A program made the position numbers and the translations under genes. Below, piece by piece: positions 28,844 through 41,905 of a DNA stretch of 58,677 nucleotides (positions are counted from its first letter, which is position 1; each line of letters starts with the position of its first letter). Below the pieces are notes generated by a model. It saw nothing but the letters and a program-made list of their open reading frames with translations, did not search any database and had not been told where the DNA came from. Source of the DNA: Candidatus Bathyarchaeia archaeon (GTDB lineage: Archaea > Thermoproteota > Bathyarchaeia > Bathyarchaeales > Bathyarchaeaceae); the NCBI GenBank assembly GCA_046760805.1, contig JBHIEV010000002.1, positions 1-58,677 of the forward strand, given 5' to 3'.

Positions 28844-30103
28844 CTAAATAGCGATGGTTTCTTCTCTCTCTGGAATGTACACTTCAGTCATTCCTGAAAT
28901 TTCTTCAGAAAGAGCTTGTGCTTGCTCTAGTTCCCCATGAACAAGAAACGTCCGCTCAGGCTTCAATGATCTTACCAGTTGAATAAGTTCCAGTTGATCA
29001 GCATGGCCGGAAAGCTCGATCTGCTCCACCTCTGCTTGAACAGGAATTTTGTTCCCATTCTCGACGAGTTCGCCTTTTTCTCTGGCAATTTTTAGCGGGC
29101 TTTCTGGTGGAAGATAGCCCGAGTTTATGACAACGGAATTGTCTTCGTCTGCTGCCCACTCAGTCAGTAGGTGAAGACTTGCACCTGCGTGGCCGAAGCC
29201 TGAAGTGCAGATGACTATGGCTGGCTCCTTAATTTGTTCTGTTCGCCGAAGTTGCTTCACGTGTCGGAAGTTGAAGGGGTGCCTTTGTTTCTGGATTTCT
29301 TCGGTGAAGAACTGCTTGTAGCTGTTGAAGTACCCTGTGATTCTGTGGGCCAGTTTAGAAATTGTGTAAACGCGGTATTCTGGCAGAACGCCGTCCTCCA
29401 TGGCTTGGTCGATTCTCTTGGCCATCTCCTGACTACGATGGAAGGCGAATGCGGGAATTAAGACGTTTCCTTTTCTCTCAATTGTGTTAAGAATTTGTCT
29501 GAAAAGCTGGTCGATTAACTCGCTCCTCCGCTTCCTGGTTGTCCCTCCATAAGTTGACTCAATAATCAATGCATCAGGCTCTCTTGGAAGATTCTCTGGT
29601 CTACTTCCCTCCAAGATTTCAGTGTCGTGAAGACAAAAATCTCCCGTATACAAAATCTCTTTACCCTCAGTCTGAACGCTAGTCATTTTTGCCCCTGCAA
29701 CATGTCCTGCTGGATGCAATCGGATCGACATCCCAGGCAGAGCAATTGCATCTCGAACCCACCAAGATCTCTCGATATTTTCTACATCCCCTCCGTTGTA
29801 GTGGAAATTGTTTCCATTCATCTTCTGAATCTTTACCATATCGCGAAGGAGATCAGCGGTGACATCACGGGTTATCTCTGACCCAGCTATGACCGGATTC
29901 CCACGGGATAGGCTCAAGAGGCTGCCTGAGTGGTCCAGATGAGCGTGACTAATGATTACCGCGTCAAAATTCGTAGGAAGCTGATTGGGAACCTTTTCTC
30001 CAACCTTGATTCCATAATCTAGAGCAACCCTCTCATTTTCGGTCTCGAGGGCAATACACGAGCCGCCTACTTCTCGGGCTCCTCCAAGGAAATGAATCTT
30101 CAT
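28844..30103 (-). CDS. Beta-CASP metallo-beta-lactamase RNase (aCPSF2-like)
   Basis: The N-terminus is MKIHFLGGAREVGGSC and the MBL motif is ISHAHLDHSG. It is about 420 aa with beta-CASP-type C-terminal blocks (SGHAD). Confidence 0.8.
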   Translation of the reverse strand: MKIHFLGGAREVGGSCIALETENERVALDYGIKVGEKVPNQLPTNFDAVIISHAHLDHSGSLLSLSRGNPVIAGSEITRDVTADLLRDMVKIQKMNGNNFHYNGGDVENIERSWWVRDAIALPGMSIRLHPAGHVAGAKMTSVQTEGKEILYTGDFCLHDTEILEGSRPENLPREPDALIIESTYGGTTRKRRSELIDQLFRQILNTIERKGNVLIPAFAFHRSQEMAKRIDQAMEDGVLPEYRVYTISKLAHRITGYFNSYKQFFTEEIQKQRHPFNFRHVKQLRRTEQIKEPAIVICTSGFGHAGASLHLLTEWAADEDNSVVINSGYLPPESPLKIAREKGELVENGNKIPVQAEVEQIELSGHADQLELIQLVRSLKPERTFLVHGELEQAQALSEEISGMTEVYIPEREETIAI

Positions 30104-30436
30104 ATATATACCTCCTTTGTTTCGCTAAAACGTCAACTCTTCTAAAAATCGGATGAAAGCGTTCATTCTCCGACTCGAAGACGGCAACAGTAAGAAACTG
30201 TGGACCGGTACGTTTTATCGCTACGATACACCAGACGGCAGTATATTAAGTTATTGATCAGTCTAACATTTGCGCGCCTAGGTGGAAGACTTCACGAGGG
30301 GCTACTGCCTCTTTCTCCCAAGCGCTTCAACCAATAGATGCCCAACAATGATATCAACGAAGCAAAATATAGGTAGAATTGGCTGCGTGCGCTATGAAAA
30401 CATTCTTATTTGAACATCAAGTAAATGGTAGAGTGA

Positions 30437-30709
30437 GTGACGGAGATGTTACGTGAGGAGAAGCTTGAGGAAGTCGGGAAGGTTTCTCATTACTTCACAA
30501 AGATAGGAGTAGCAGTCATAAACCTGACAGCGCCGCTCTCGGTAGGTGACAGAATTACAATAAAAGGAGTGACAACGGACCTCGAACAGACAGTGGATTC
30601 TATGCAGATAGAACACGAAAACGTCACAACAGCAAAGGCAGGGCAGAGTATAGGACTCAAAGTTAAGGAGAGAGTAAGAGAAAGCGACGTAGTCTACAAG
30701 ATAGTCTGA
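30437..30709 (+). CDS. Small EF-Tu-domain-2-like beta-barrel protein ('translation elongation factor-like protein')
   Basis: The block GKVSHYFTKIGVAVINLTAPLSVGDRITIKG...MQIEHENVTTAKAGQSIGLKV matches the family as I recall it. The start is ambiguous (GTG 30437 or ATG 30446). Confidence 0.5.
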   Translation: MTEMLREEKLEEVGKVSHYFTKIGVAVINLTAPLSVGDRITIKGVTTDLEQTVDSMQIEHENVTTAKAGQSIGLKVKERVRESDVVYKIV

Positions 30710-30810
30710 TAGCCCTAAAACAGAAGCCCCAAGCGGTAAAACGACATCTATCCTACTACTTCCCTTGCTCTAGCGAAACATATTCCTAGGGCTAATAGAG
30801 GGTGACCAGA

Positions 30811-31746
30811 ATGGGAAATTGGGACCTAATCATAATCGGAGCCGGACCAGCGGGCCTCACAGCCGGAATATACGGCGCCCGCAGCGGTCTCAAAACGCTA
30901 ATTCTGGAGGAGAAGACTCCTGGTGGCGAAGCCATTAACACGCCTCTGGTCGAGAACTATCCCGGTTTCCCCGAGGGAGTCAGCGGACGCGAATTATCAG
31001 AAAAGATGACAGAGCACTGCAGGAAAGTTGGGGCGGAGATTAAGGAGCTGGAGAGGGTTACCGAACTTCAACTTGGCGGTGAAAAGAAAGTCATCAGGAC
31101 AAATAAGGCCACGTACACATCCTCAACTGTGATCGTCGCCTCCGGATGCCACTACAGGACCCTTGGCGTACCAGGTGAAAGCAAGTTCCGTGGCAGGGGG
31201 GTGAGCTACTGCGCCCTCTGTGACGGCCCATTCTTCAAAGGAAGAAAGGTGCTAGTTGTTGGCGGTGGAAACTCAGCTGTCGTTTCAGCGATTTATCTGT
31301 CAAACTTGGCGTCAGATGTTAAACTGGCTCACCGAAGGAGCCAGCTTAGGGCTGAAGAAGCACTTCAAAAGGATCTACGTGTGCAAGGGGTGAAGATTCT
31401 CTGGAACACGGAACTGAAGGAGATCACGGGGGATTCAAAGGTAAGCGAGGTAGTTATATTTAACAACAAAACCAACGAAACTACAAGGATGAATGTCGAC
31501 GGCGTCTTCATCCAGGTTGGCGAGGCGCCCAACAGCCAATTCGCAAAAGAAGCAGGAATTACTGTAGACAAAGAGGGCTACATCATCGTAGATAATCGGC
31601 AGAGAACTAACATTAGCGGTGTGTACGCCGCTGGCGATGTCACCAACTGCCCAATCAAGCAGATCGGAACAGCTGTTGGACAAGCCATAATTGCAGTCAA
31701 TGAGGCATTCGGCTACGTAAAACAACCCTACTACTACAAAAGATAA
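30811..31746 (+). CDS. trxB: Thioredoxin-disulfide reductase
   Basis: It has the FAD motif IIGAGPAG, the redox-active CALCDG and the NAD(P)H motif GGGNSA. ATG 30811 lies 7 nt after GAGGGTGA. Confidence 0.9.
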   Translation: MGNWDLIIIGAGPAGLTAGIYGARSGLKTLILEEKTPGGEAINTPLVENYPGFPEGVSGRELSEKMTEHCRKVGAEIKELERVTELQLGGEKKVIRTNKATYTSSTVIVASGCHYRTLGVPGESKFRGRGVSYCALCDGPFFKGRKVLVVGGGNSAVVSAIYLSNLASDVKLAHRRSQLRAEEALQKDLRVQGVKILWNTELKEITGDSKVSEVVIFNNKTNETTRMNVDGVFIQVGEAPNSQFAKEAGITVDKEGYIIVDNRQRTNISGVYAAGDVTNCPIKQIGTAVGQAIIAVNEAFGYVKQPYYYKR

Positions 31747-31784
31747 ACCCTTCAGTTTGGCCTCAAAATATCCTCTTCAGCTCG

Positions 31785-34057
<2,273 letters not shown>

Positions 34058-34328
34058 CGTTCAACCCTCTTTCAGTCTTCAATTTTCTCTTGATGCACGT
34101 TTTCATTGAGAACTAATATGAGTGAATGGAGCTGCAGAAAAAGATTATGCCTTATGTTGGGTAGCACGGAGAAGGAGATGAGTCTAGGACCAGCATTCAA
34201 AGCTTGCAAGCACAAGAAAACGTACCATGCAAAGGCTTCCCTATGGATGCCTAAACAGAACTGTGTCTTGAACAGATTCACCTTTCGCCTTAAATATAAG
34301 ACCAGTCTACATTTTGGCGGTTTCCAGG

Positions 34329-34889
34329 ATGATTGAAGGTAAGAGAGTCCGCTTGCGCAGTTTTGAGCTTTCAGATCTCGACGAGATTATGAAGCATTGG
34401 AACAATATGGAACTGAGGAATCTCCTTGGAAGTGCCGACAGGGGTCCAGCCGCTCGCAGTGAAGAAGAGGAATGGATCAAAAACACGTGGAAACAGCGTC
34501 AAGAAAGAAAAGGATTCACATTCGCAATAGAAGCCATCACGGACAAGAAGCTCATTGGTGGAACAGGCATTTTCAACATCGATTGGACTAGCAGATCCGC
34601 TATGGTAGGAATAAGCATATACAACCCAGAATATTGGGGTAAAGGTTATGGACAAGAATCCATGGACCTAGTCCTGGGCTTCGCTTTCCGAGTTCTCAAC
34701 CTTAACAGATTAGAACTCAACACGTTTGACTTCAACAAACGAGCGCAAAAATGCTACATGAAAGTTGGCTTCAAAGAGGTTGGAAGAAGAAGGAAAGCCC
34801 GCTTTATAGACGGACAGTATCACGATGACGTTTTAATGGATATTTTGAAGGACGAGTGGCTAGCTAAATCTAAGGCTCATCAAAACTGA
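34329..34889 (+). CDS. GNAT-family N-acetyltransferase (RimJ/RimL-like)
   Basis: It has the RimJ/L-like N-terminus VRLRSFELSDLDEI and the acetyl-CoA region WGKGYGQESMDLVLGFAF. Confidence 0.8.
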   Translation: MIEGKRVRLRSFELSDLDEIMKHWNNMELRNLLGSADRGPAARSEEEEWIKNTWKQRQERKGFTFAIEAITDKKLIGGTGIFNIDWTSRSAMVGISIYNPEYWGKGYGQESMDLVLGFAFRVLNLNRLELNTFDFNKRAQKCYMKVGFKEVGRRRKARFIDGQYHDDVLMDILKDEWLAKSKAHQN

Positions 34890-34959
34890 AAGGAACTCAC
34901 ATGCGCTGACCAGCGCACAGAGCTGCTTAGAACAGGTGTTCTAACTTAACGCTTTGTTG

Positions 34960-35838
34960 CTAAACTATCTTGTTCAGTACTTTATCGACCTTTATCTTGT
35001 GGGTTCCAAGTGCCAGTTCCTTCGGGTCCACTCCCAATGCCAAGCTTAGAAGCTCCGAGTAGTGGATTACTGGCATGTCATAGGACTCATTAAACTTGTT
35101 TCTCACCTGTAACTGTCCGATGTCAAGTGCAACGAAGCAGAAGGGGCAAAGGGTCGCAATGCAGTCAGCACCAGCCTTGGCCGTGTTTGCAAGTTTTTCT
35201 CTAGCGAGTTCAAGGGCTAAGTCGTCAGAATAACCTCTCAACAATCCCCCGCAACATTTCAGCTTATTCCGATATTCCACACTCTCCGCACCCAAAGTCT
35301 CAATCAAATCTTCAAGGATACGAGGGCTTTCTGGGTCGTCGAGTCTAAGGAGTTCGCTTGGTCTAAGAGCGTGGCAACCATAAAATGCTGCCACTTTCAG
35401 GTTGTTGAGGGGCTTAGAGACGCTTTCTTTGAGACGCTTTAGTCCAACATCATCCTTTAAGACCTGGAGGAAGTGTTTCACCTCTTTGCTGCCCATGAAT
35501 TCCTTTCCAGCTTTACCCAGAATCTTGTTTATCTTTGCCTTCAGCGGTCCATCCTTCTTCAGCATGCCGTTCGCCATTGCGAGAGATTCAAAACAACCGC
35601 TGCACAAAGTAACTAAGTCTAGGTCGGCTTCTTCGGCGAGGCAGATGTTGTACGCTGCCACGGCTACGCTGGTTTCGAAGTCTATAGACTGTACTGGTGG
35701 AGGGCAACAGCACGTCATGTTGGCTAGATCAACAAGGTCGATTCCGAGTTTGGCTAGGGCTTTTCTTGCCGACAACTCATAGTTTGGTTGACGAGCAGGT
35801 ATGGTACAACCCAGAAATAGAGCGTAGCTTGTCATCAT
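34960..35838 (-). CDS. hdrB: Heterodisulfide reductase subunit B (two CCG domains)
   Basis: Cysteine-rich CCG-type motifs are present (MTCCCPPP, CSGC, KCCGG, CPFC). Confidence 0.9.
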   Translation of the reverse strand: MMTSYALFLGCTIPARQPNYELSARKALAKLGIDLVDLANMTCCCPPPVQSIDFETSVAVAAYNICLAEEADLDLVTLCSGCFESLAMANGMLKKDGPLKAKINKILGKAGKEFMGSKEVKHFLQVLKDDVGLKRLKESVSKPLNNLKVAAFYGCHALRPSELLRLDDPESPRILEDLIETLGAESVEYRNKLKCCGGLLRGYSDDLALELAREKLANTAKAGADCIATLCPFCFVALDIGQLQVRNKFNESYDMPVIHYSELLSLALGVDPKELALGTHKIKVDKVLNKIV

Positions 35839-36329
35839 ATTCCCTCCATCTTCTGCTGAAGCTTAGTAAAGCCTGTAGCAGAGAGAATCCTCCTCAGCGC
35901 ATCCACACCCGTTGGCTGAAGGGGTGGCAAACCCAAGGCAGATCTCTTCTTCTCTACGAAAGCGGAAACCTTGACTATCCGACCGTCACTTTGGATGGCG
36001 GATGCAAACTCTGAGTAGATGTTGGGGATGTGACCTTCTTTGAAGGCAATGTTCCTCAACGCGTACATCAAGTCAGCTATCTCGACCTTCTGGGGACACC
36101 TTTCCTGACAGTTGTAGCACGAGCAGCACAACCATATGCCTTCCCCTGAAACCACTTCATCCTTCTCTCCCAAGAGCGACAGTTTGATGACTTCTCTAGG
36201 ATTAAAGCGTGGAGTGATTCTAGCCACTGGGCAACTGCTGGCGCAGGTTCCACACTGATAACAAAGAGTCATAGTTTCGCCGCCTAAACGGCTTGTGACT
36301 ACATCAGAGAAGGCTCTTCCACGATTCAT
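35835..36329 (-). CDS. hdrC: Heterodisulfide reductase subunit C
   Basis: It has two ferredoxin-type motifs, CYQCGTCASSCP and CCSCYNCQERCP. The ATGA overlaps hdrB. Confidence 0.9.
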   Translation of the reverse strand: MNRGRAFSDVVTSRLGGETMTLCYQCGTCASSCPVARITPRFNPREVIKLSLLGEKDEVVSGEGIWLCCSCYNCQERCPQKVEIADLMYALRNIAFKEGHIPNIYSEFASAIQSDGRIVKVSAFVEKKRSALGLPPLQPTGVDALRRILSATGFTKLQQKMEGI

Positions 36330-36349
36330 TCAATTTCACGCTCCTCTCT

Positions 36350-38776
36350 CTAAGAACCTCCCATCAATTGCAGTGAACCTAACTTTTCCAATCTCTCAGT
36401 CATCATGTGCGCGGCCTCCGCAAACTTGTCTCCTTCAATAAACACCATGTTGAACATCTCCAACCTCTCTGGCTCTATACCATACTCCCCAAGCAGCCTT
36501 CTGGCAAGTTTCACCTTCTTTTCAGTCTTTTGGCTACCCACCTCATAATGGCAGCCATCGTTCTTGCATCCCACAACCATCACTCCTTGAGCACCTGCCT
36601 TGAAGGCTTCTAGAAACTGGTGAACCTGCAGGATACCCGTGCAAGGAACCTTCATAACCCTCACATTGGCTGGATACTGCATCATACCCATACCCGAAGA
36701 ATCCACTGCAGTGCCCCCACATTCCGAACAGCATATGGCTAAGACCAAAGGTTTCGACGTTCCGTTTACAGACATAAGTGCCTTCATCTGAGCCAACATC
36801 TGATCTGGTCTAGAATGCCTAAGCTCTATAGCGTTGAGGGGGCATGCTCCTACGCAGATACCACACCCCTCACACACGAGATCCGCCACCCGAGCCACAA
36901 AGTGTTCTTCACTAGTTGGCACCAGACTTATCGCGCCGAAAGGACAGGTAACTGGGCAGAACTGGCAGTCACCACAATACTCCTCGTTGATTACGGCGGT
37001 TCTCTGATCTTTAATTATCTTGCCGTTCATCATGAACTTGGCGGCCTTCAAAGCTGCCGAATGCGCGTGCAGGGAAGTTGTAGGCGCATCCTTCGGAAAT
37101 GTTGCTCCTCCGCAGATGTATAGCCCTCTCAACGTGGTTTCAGTCGGTCTCAGTTTAGCGTTGTACTCTTTGAAGAAGCCATCCCCATTCAACAAAGGCT
37201 CAAGACCAATCTGGGCTAGTTCTTTGGTGCCTTCGGATGGTACCATGGCGGGAGCCAACACTACTAGGTCAGCGTCTAGTTCTAGGAATCTTCTTAAAAG
37301 AGCGTCTTCTACATCGACGATCAACCTATTTGTCTTTGGGTCCCGTGAGATTTCGGTTGGTCTGCCCTTGACAAATTTGATCCCCATCTCCCTCGCCCGT
37401 TCATAGTAATCTTCGTGCTGCCTTCCAGTGGTTCTTATGTCTATGTAGCAGATCGTAATGTCAGTATCTGGGTAGGCAGATTTGATCAACATAGCATGTT
37501 TTAGCGAGATCATGCAGCAGATGCTCGAGCAGTAGGGATTGTAGCGCCTATCTCGGGAACCGACACACTGTATGAAAACGATTTTCTGGGCGGGCTTCCG
37601 GTCAGAAGGTCTAATAATAACGCCGCCTGTGGGACCAAAACCGTCAATCATCCTGGCAAGCTCAAGATTGGTCACGACATCCGGGTAATCGCCATAGTGA
37701 TACTCCTTTATTATACTTGAATCGAACTCCTGGAAACCCGTGGCAACTATTATGGTGCCAACGTTGAGTGTTATCCGCTCACTTTTCTGGTCTAATTCGA
37801 TAGCGTTCGTAGGACAAACTTCAGCGCATTTGGCACAATCGTGGAATTTGCAGACGCTTTCGTCGATTACGTAGACGGGTGGGTGGACATTCGGGATGTT
37901 CATGTAGACGGCTTTGCGGGTTTTCAACTTTGCGTTATATTCGTCTGGAACTTCTACGGGGCAAACAGTAGTGCACAAGTCACATGCAACACATTTCATT
38001 TCGTTGACGTATCTTGGCTTCTTCTCTATCGTGACCTCGTAGTTTCCAGGACCTCCCTTTTCCAATTTCAAGACTTTTGAATTGGTCAATATGTTCAGTT
38101 TGGGAATCTCGCTGAAACCGGAACGATATACGCACTTTCGGGAAGTGTGGGTGATGGTTTTCACATCTGAAGCCGGAGACTGTATACAGGTGGCACAATC
38201 ATCCGTTGGGAAGAAACGCCCCGCACGGGCAGCCAATCCACCGAGAAACGGTTCTTTTTCAACCAAGTGCAATTCGAATCCTAAATCTGCCAAATCTACT
38301 GCCGCCTGCATACCGGCTATGCCTCCGCCTATAACCAAGGCAGATTTGAGGACTGGAAACTCTAGTTTCTCTATGGGTTCGAGAAGTTTGGCACGTTCAA
38401 TTGCAGCGAGAAGCATGGCCTTGGCCTTTTCTGTGGCTTCCTCAGGTGTTTTCCGATGAGGCACCGCGCAGTGGTCTTTAAGGTCGATGACTTCCACCAG
38501 ATAGGGATTGAGACCAGCGTTTTCAACCGCTTGAACGATGTTAACCTCGCTAAGCTTCGGGAGACACTCCGCAACGACGACTCTGTTTATCTTTCCATCT
38601 TTGATAGCATCAACAATGAGTTGTAATCCTTTGCCACGCCAAAACTCACTACTTTTACCGACGAGAACCACACCTGGAACTTTCTTCACATAATCAGCTA
38701 GCGCGTTGAGGTTCAAAATTTCAGAGAGTTGTTTCCCGCAGTTAGACAGGAATACGCCGACCTTGACTTTGTTCAT
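36350..38776 (-). CDS. hdrA: Heterodisulfide reductase subunit A fused C-terminally to an MvhD (FlpD) domain
   Basis: The FAD motif is VIGGGIAGMQAA, with several CxxCxxCxxxCP ferredoxin motifs. The C-terminal roughly 140 aa (ICCSECGG...VPCTG...VMVVGCKNDGCHY) match the MvhD [2Fe-2S] domain pattern. Confidence 0.9.
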   Translation of the reverse strand: MNKVKVGVFLSNCGKQLSEILNLNALADYVKKVPGVVLVGKSSEFWRGKGLQLIVDAIKDGKINRVVVAECLPKLSEVNIVQAVENAGLNPYLVEVIDLKDHCAVPHRKTPEEATEKAKAMLLAAIERAKLLEPIEKLEFPVLKSALVIGGGIAGMQAAVDLADLGFELHLVEKEPFLGGLAARAGRFFPTDDCATCIQSPASDVKTITHTSRKCVYRSGFSEIPKLNILTNSKVLKLEKGGPGNYEVTIEKKPRYVNEMKCVACDLCTTVCPVEVPDEYNAKLKTRKAVYMNIPNVHPPVYVIDESVCKFHDCAKCAEVCPTNAIELDQKSERITLNVGTIIVATGFQEFDSSIIKEYHYGDYPDVVTNLELARMIDGFGPTGGVIIRPSDRKPAQKIVFIQCVGSRDRRYNPYCSSICCMISLKHAMLIKSAYPDTDITICYIDIRTTGRQHEDYYERAREMGIKFVKGRPTEISRDPKTNRLIVDVEDALLRRFLELDADLVVLAPAMVPSEGTKELAQIGLEPLLNGDGFFKEYNAKLRPTETTLRGLYICGGATFPKDAPTTSLHAHSAALKAAKFMMNGKIIKDQRTAVINEEYCGDCQFCPVTCPFGAISLVPTSEEHFVARVADLVCEGCGICVGACPLNAIELRHSRPDQMLAQMKALMSVNGTSKPLVLAICCSECGGTAVDSSGMGMMQYPANVRVMKVPCTGILQVHQFLEAFKAGAQGVMVVGCKNDGCHYEVGSQKTEKKVKLARRLLGEYGIEPERLEMFNMVFIEGDKFAEAAHMMTERLEKLGSLQLMGGS

Positions 38777-38786
38777 TACTAATCCC

Positions 38787-40241
38787 TCACCTTCTTATCG
38801 TCTTCAACAACCGCTTTTCGCTATCGTAAATCTTCACTTCCAAGGGCATTTCACCGATGGCGAAGTGGGTCGCACAGGCAAAGCATGGGTCGTAGGCTCT
38901 GAAGGCCATCTCCACCATGTTCAGCAGCCCGTCGCTAACCTTGCCATTGTGGATGAGTCCTTTTGCAACGTTTCTTACGGACATGCAAATGCTCGGTGCG
39001 TTGTTAACTGTAGCGACTATCAGGTTGACTTTCTTGGCTAAGGCTTTTTCATCTAGTATGTAATGGTGAATCAGAGTTCCTCTAGCAGCCTCAACTATTC
39101 CGACTCCTTCCCCAGGCTTTCCAGGTTTGTTTCTGATATCCTTCTTTGTTATTCCTTTGTCTGTAACCAGTTCCAAGGCCCTTTCAGCCGCGTACATAAG
39201 TTCTATTAGGCGAGCCCAGTGAAAAGCCAACGTGGCGTGAACGGGTTTTCCACCGAGAGTTTTGTACATCCTTGCGTATTCTTCTTGGGCCATGGGTGTT
39301 GCCATGCCTTCTGCGGCGTTCAATCTTCCAAGGGTGCCAACTCGGTAGATGCCACTGTCGGTCCCTGCGACTAAACCTTTCCATCCAACCTTTTTGAGGT
39401 AGGGTAGTTTGACGTAGGTCCATGGTTCAACGTGTTCCTCGATAACGTCCAAGTATTCTGAGGGAGCAAATTTCACAAACTCCTTCCCTTCTGGATCAAC
39501 CACCCTGACATCGCCGTCGTAGAAGTTTACTTTGTTGTTCTTATCAACGGTTCCCATGTAATAGGTTTCTAAGGTGTAAGGCTCGCTCTTGATCACGTTT
39601 ACATAGTCAACGTTTTTGAGAACCACATCATCGAAGATTTTCAGAGAGAACTTTGCGAATTCGACGGCGCTTCTAACCATCTTCTCAATCTCTTTCCTCT
39701 CCTCTTCAGACAGAGCCTTTGCCATTCCGCCCGGCAAAGCGCTCACGGGATGAGTTGCCTTTCCTCCGAGTATTGCTGTTATTTTCTGTCCATAGGCTCT
39801 ATGTTTTATCACTTCTTTGGCGATATCTAAGCCGACTTTCTCTATCACTCCAAGAATGTTTCGTTTCGCTGGTGGAGCGTCTGGTCCTACAACGAAGTCT
39901 GGGGCTGCTAAGAAGTAGAAATTCAATATGTGATCGTAGATATAATAGCCACAATACTCCAGCTCTCTCAGTTTCTTGGCGGTTTCCGTAGGTTCCACAT
40001 TGAACGCTGCGTCGCACGCTTTTGCACCTGCCATGTGGTGGGCAACTGGGCAGACTCCGCAGATTCTGGTGGTTATTATAGGTAGGTCTTCAGCTCTTCT
40101 TCCCTCGCAGAAACGCTCGAATCCTCTCAGTTCTGGGACTTGGAAGTAGGCGTTTTCCACGTTTCCCTCATCGTTGAGAAATATTGTTATTTTTCCGTGG
40201 CCTTCCAGTCTCGTGATTGGATCTATGACTATTTCTTTCAT
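38787..40241 (-). CDS. mvhA: [NiFe]-hydrogenase large subunit, Mvh (group 3c, F420-non-reducing) type
   Basis: It has the N-terminal RLEGHG and RICGVCPVAHH motifs and the C-terminal DPCFACATH followed by a 25-aa extension. Confidence 0.9.
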   Translation of the reverse strand: MKEIVIDPITRLEGHGKITIFLNDEGNVENAYFQVPELRGFERFCEGRRAEDLPIITTRICGVCPVAHHMAGAKACDAAFNVEPTETAKKLRELEYCGYYIYDHILNFYFLAAPDFVVGPDAPPAKRNILGVIEKVGLDIAKEVIKHRAYGQKITAILGGKATHPVSALPGGMAKALSEEERKEIEKMVRSAVEFAKFSLKIFDDVVLKNVDYVNVIKSEPYTLETYYMGTVDKNNKVNFYDGDVRVVDPEGKEFVKFAPSEYLDVIEEHVEPWTYVKLPYLKKVGWKGLVAGTDSGIYRVGTLGRLNAAEGMATPMAQEEYARMYKTLGGKPVHATLAFHWARLIELMYAAERALELVTDKGITKKDIRNKPGKPGEGVGIVEAARGTLIHHYILDEKALAKKVNLIVATVNNAPSICMSVRNVAKGLIHNGKVSDGLLNMVEMAFRAYDPCFACATHFAIGEMPLEVKIYDSEKRLLKTIRR

Positions 40242-41182
40242 TTCAACACCTTCCTCCTCAGAATGGAACGAGCAAGAGAATACTTGTAAAAGGTCCCTAT
40301 CGGATCCACCGCCTGATCAATGACTTCTGGACTAGTGGCGATTGATGCAAGAGCACTGACAGCTGCAGCGCCTTGGTCGGTCACGCGTGGTCCTGGACCA
40401 CCGCAACCAGTGCAAGGTATATTTGCGTTTACACACTGGGCTTCGCAGCCCCCTCGTGTGGCTGGACCCATACATATTACACCCTGATCCCAGAAACATG
40501 TCTTGAAATCGTCTTCGATTTCGTAAATTCTCCTTATTTCGGATAGCTTCCTTTCCTTTTTCTCTCTCGGACATTCGTCGCAGACGGATTTACTGGGCAT
40601 CAGAACCGATCCTTTGGGAGGTAGTTTGTTTTCGAATATGGCTCCAACTGCCTGAATTACGAGGGAAACAGGTGGAGGGCAACCTGATAGGAAATAGTCT
40701 ACGTCTACCGTTTGTGCCAAGGTTTTCACGGTGTCGTAGAATTCAGGTAGTTCCAGTTCTCCTTCTTTAACCTTCACGGAAGTCTTCGGTTTCACAAAGC
40801 CTAGATTCTTAGTTGAAGGCGTCTCAGAGTATGCGCGTTCAAAGACTGTTTCCCTATCCCAAAGATTCGCAAGGCCAACGACACATCCGTCACAAGCACA
40901 GGAGCCGAAGGCTACTAAAACCTTAGATTTTTTCCTCAGAAGCTTCGCCATATGCTCCTGTTCTTCAGTTCTGATTGCACCGTTAAAGAAGCAGACATCG
41001 ATGTATTTGTCTGGCATCGCCTCTACGTCTTTGTACTTGATGTCCATGGCCACCGGCCAAAAGACTATATCCGCGTTGGCAACAACATCCAAGATCTTCT
41101 CATCAATGTCGAGAACGGCTATTTCGCAGCCTCCGCAACTGGCTGCCCAGTAGAAAGCAAACTTTAGCTTCTCCTTCTCCAT
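40238..41182 (-). CDS. mvhG: [NiFe]-hydrogenase small subunit, Mvh type
   Basis: The proximal cluster motif is ASCGGCE, with additional Cys clusters (GSCACDGC, CDECP, CTGCGGPG). ATG 41182 follows GGTGGT; an alternative GTG start is at 41206. Confidence 0.88.
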   Translation of the reverse strand: MEKEKLKFAFYWAASCGGCEIAVLDIDEKILDVVANADIVFWPVAMDIKYKDVEAMPDKYIDVCFFNGAIRTEEQEHMAKLLRKKSKVLVAFGSCACDGCVVGLANLWDRETVFERAYSETPSTKNLGFVKPKTSVKVKEGELELPEFYDTVKTLAQTVDVDYFLSGCPPPVSLVIQAVGAIFENKLPPKGSVLMPSKSVCDECPREKKERKLSEIRRIYEIEDDFKTCFWDQGVICMGPATRGGCEAQCVNANIPCTGCGGPGPRVTDQGAAAVSALASIATSPEVIDQAVDPIGTFYKYSLARSILRRKVLK

Positions 41183-41341
41183 ATTACCACCCATCTGTGA
41201 TAGCACTCTCTACTCTTTAGCTAAAGAACAGAGAATTATTGCTTCTCAAATTTAAATTTAGCCATTCAAAAGAGAACACATTGCTGCTACTCAATGTCTA
41301 CATCAGAAAAAGTCAAATCCGCGCTTCCCCCAACAAATAGA

Positions 41342-41557
41342 TCATGTTTTCCCCCAATTGGTTCGTTCCCATAATCTTTCATGGAAGTAGTACAAGAGAA
41401 TCTGAACAGCATTAAACGCAACAGTGATGTACGTTGTCTGGATCCAACTATCCGTAACAATCCATGTAATTGCTCCCAACACTAGAATTCCCACGATTCT
41501 CCACGTCGCACTCTTGACTAGACTCCTTAATCTTGTGTCCAACTTTCGCCTCTCCAA
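41342..41557 (-). CDS. DUF2061-family small membrane protein
   Basis: The block SLVKSATWRIVG...ITVAFNAVQILLYYFHERLWE matches the DUF2061 pattern. TTG start. Confidence 0.6.
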   Translation of the reverse strand: MERRKLDTRLRSLVKSATWRIVGILVLGAITWIVTDSWIQTTYITVAFNAVQILLYYFHERLWERTNWGKT

Positions 41558-41905
41558 TGCACGAGTGTTCCTCTTTCTATTTGAAGCTTATTGACCCCCC
41601 TCCACCAAATGCCAGTTCTTCTCTCAAGAGCGAGGTTTGTGGCTATCGAGACTTTGCCTGTACCACTATCTGCTATTTCTAGTGCTCTGCCTAAGCATCA
41701 ACCGTAAAAGCGGAATTTCAGGAAGCCCCTGCACCAATCTATCTCTTTCTAACTCGGTGAAGACCTGCATTTCTCGAATCTGAGCGCCTAAGACTGGAGT
41801 GGGTCTCTGCGTCTGAAAGAGAACGATTCGCAACGATTATTAAGGACTCGACGAAGGAAATAAAGAAACTCGGTCCGAGTCCTTTAAGGGCAGGCGGCAA
41901 GACGA

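Noticed and set aside
36350-40241. Possible selenocysteine (in-frame TGA) in HdrA or MvhA, as in some methanogens
   Set aside because: Both ORFs are uninterrupted and the relevant positions encode Cys (for example DPCFACATH), so no recoding is needed.
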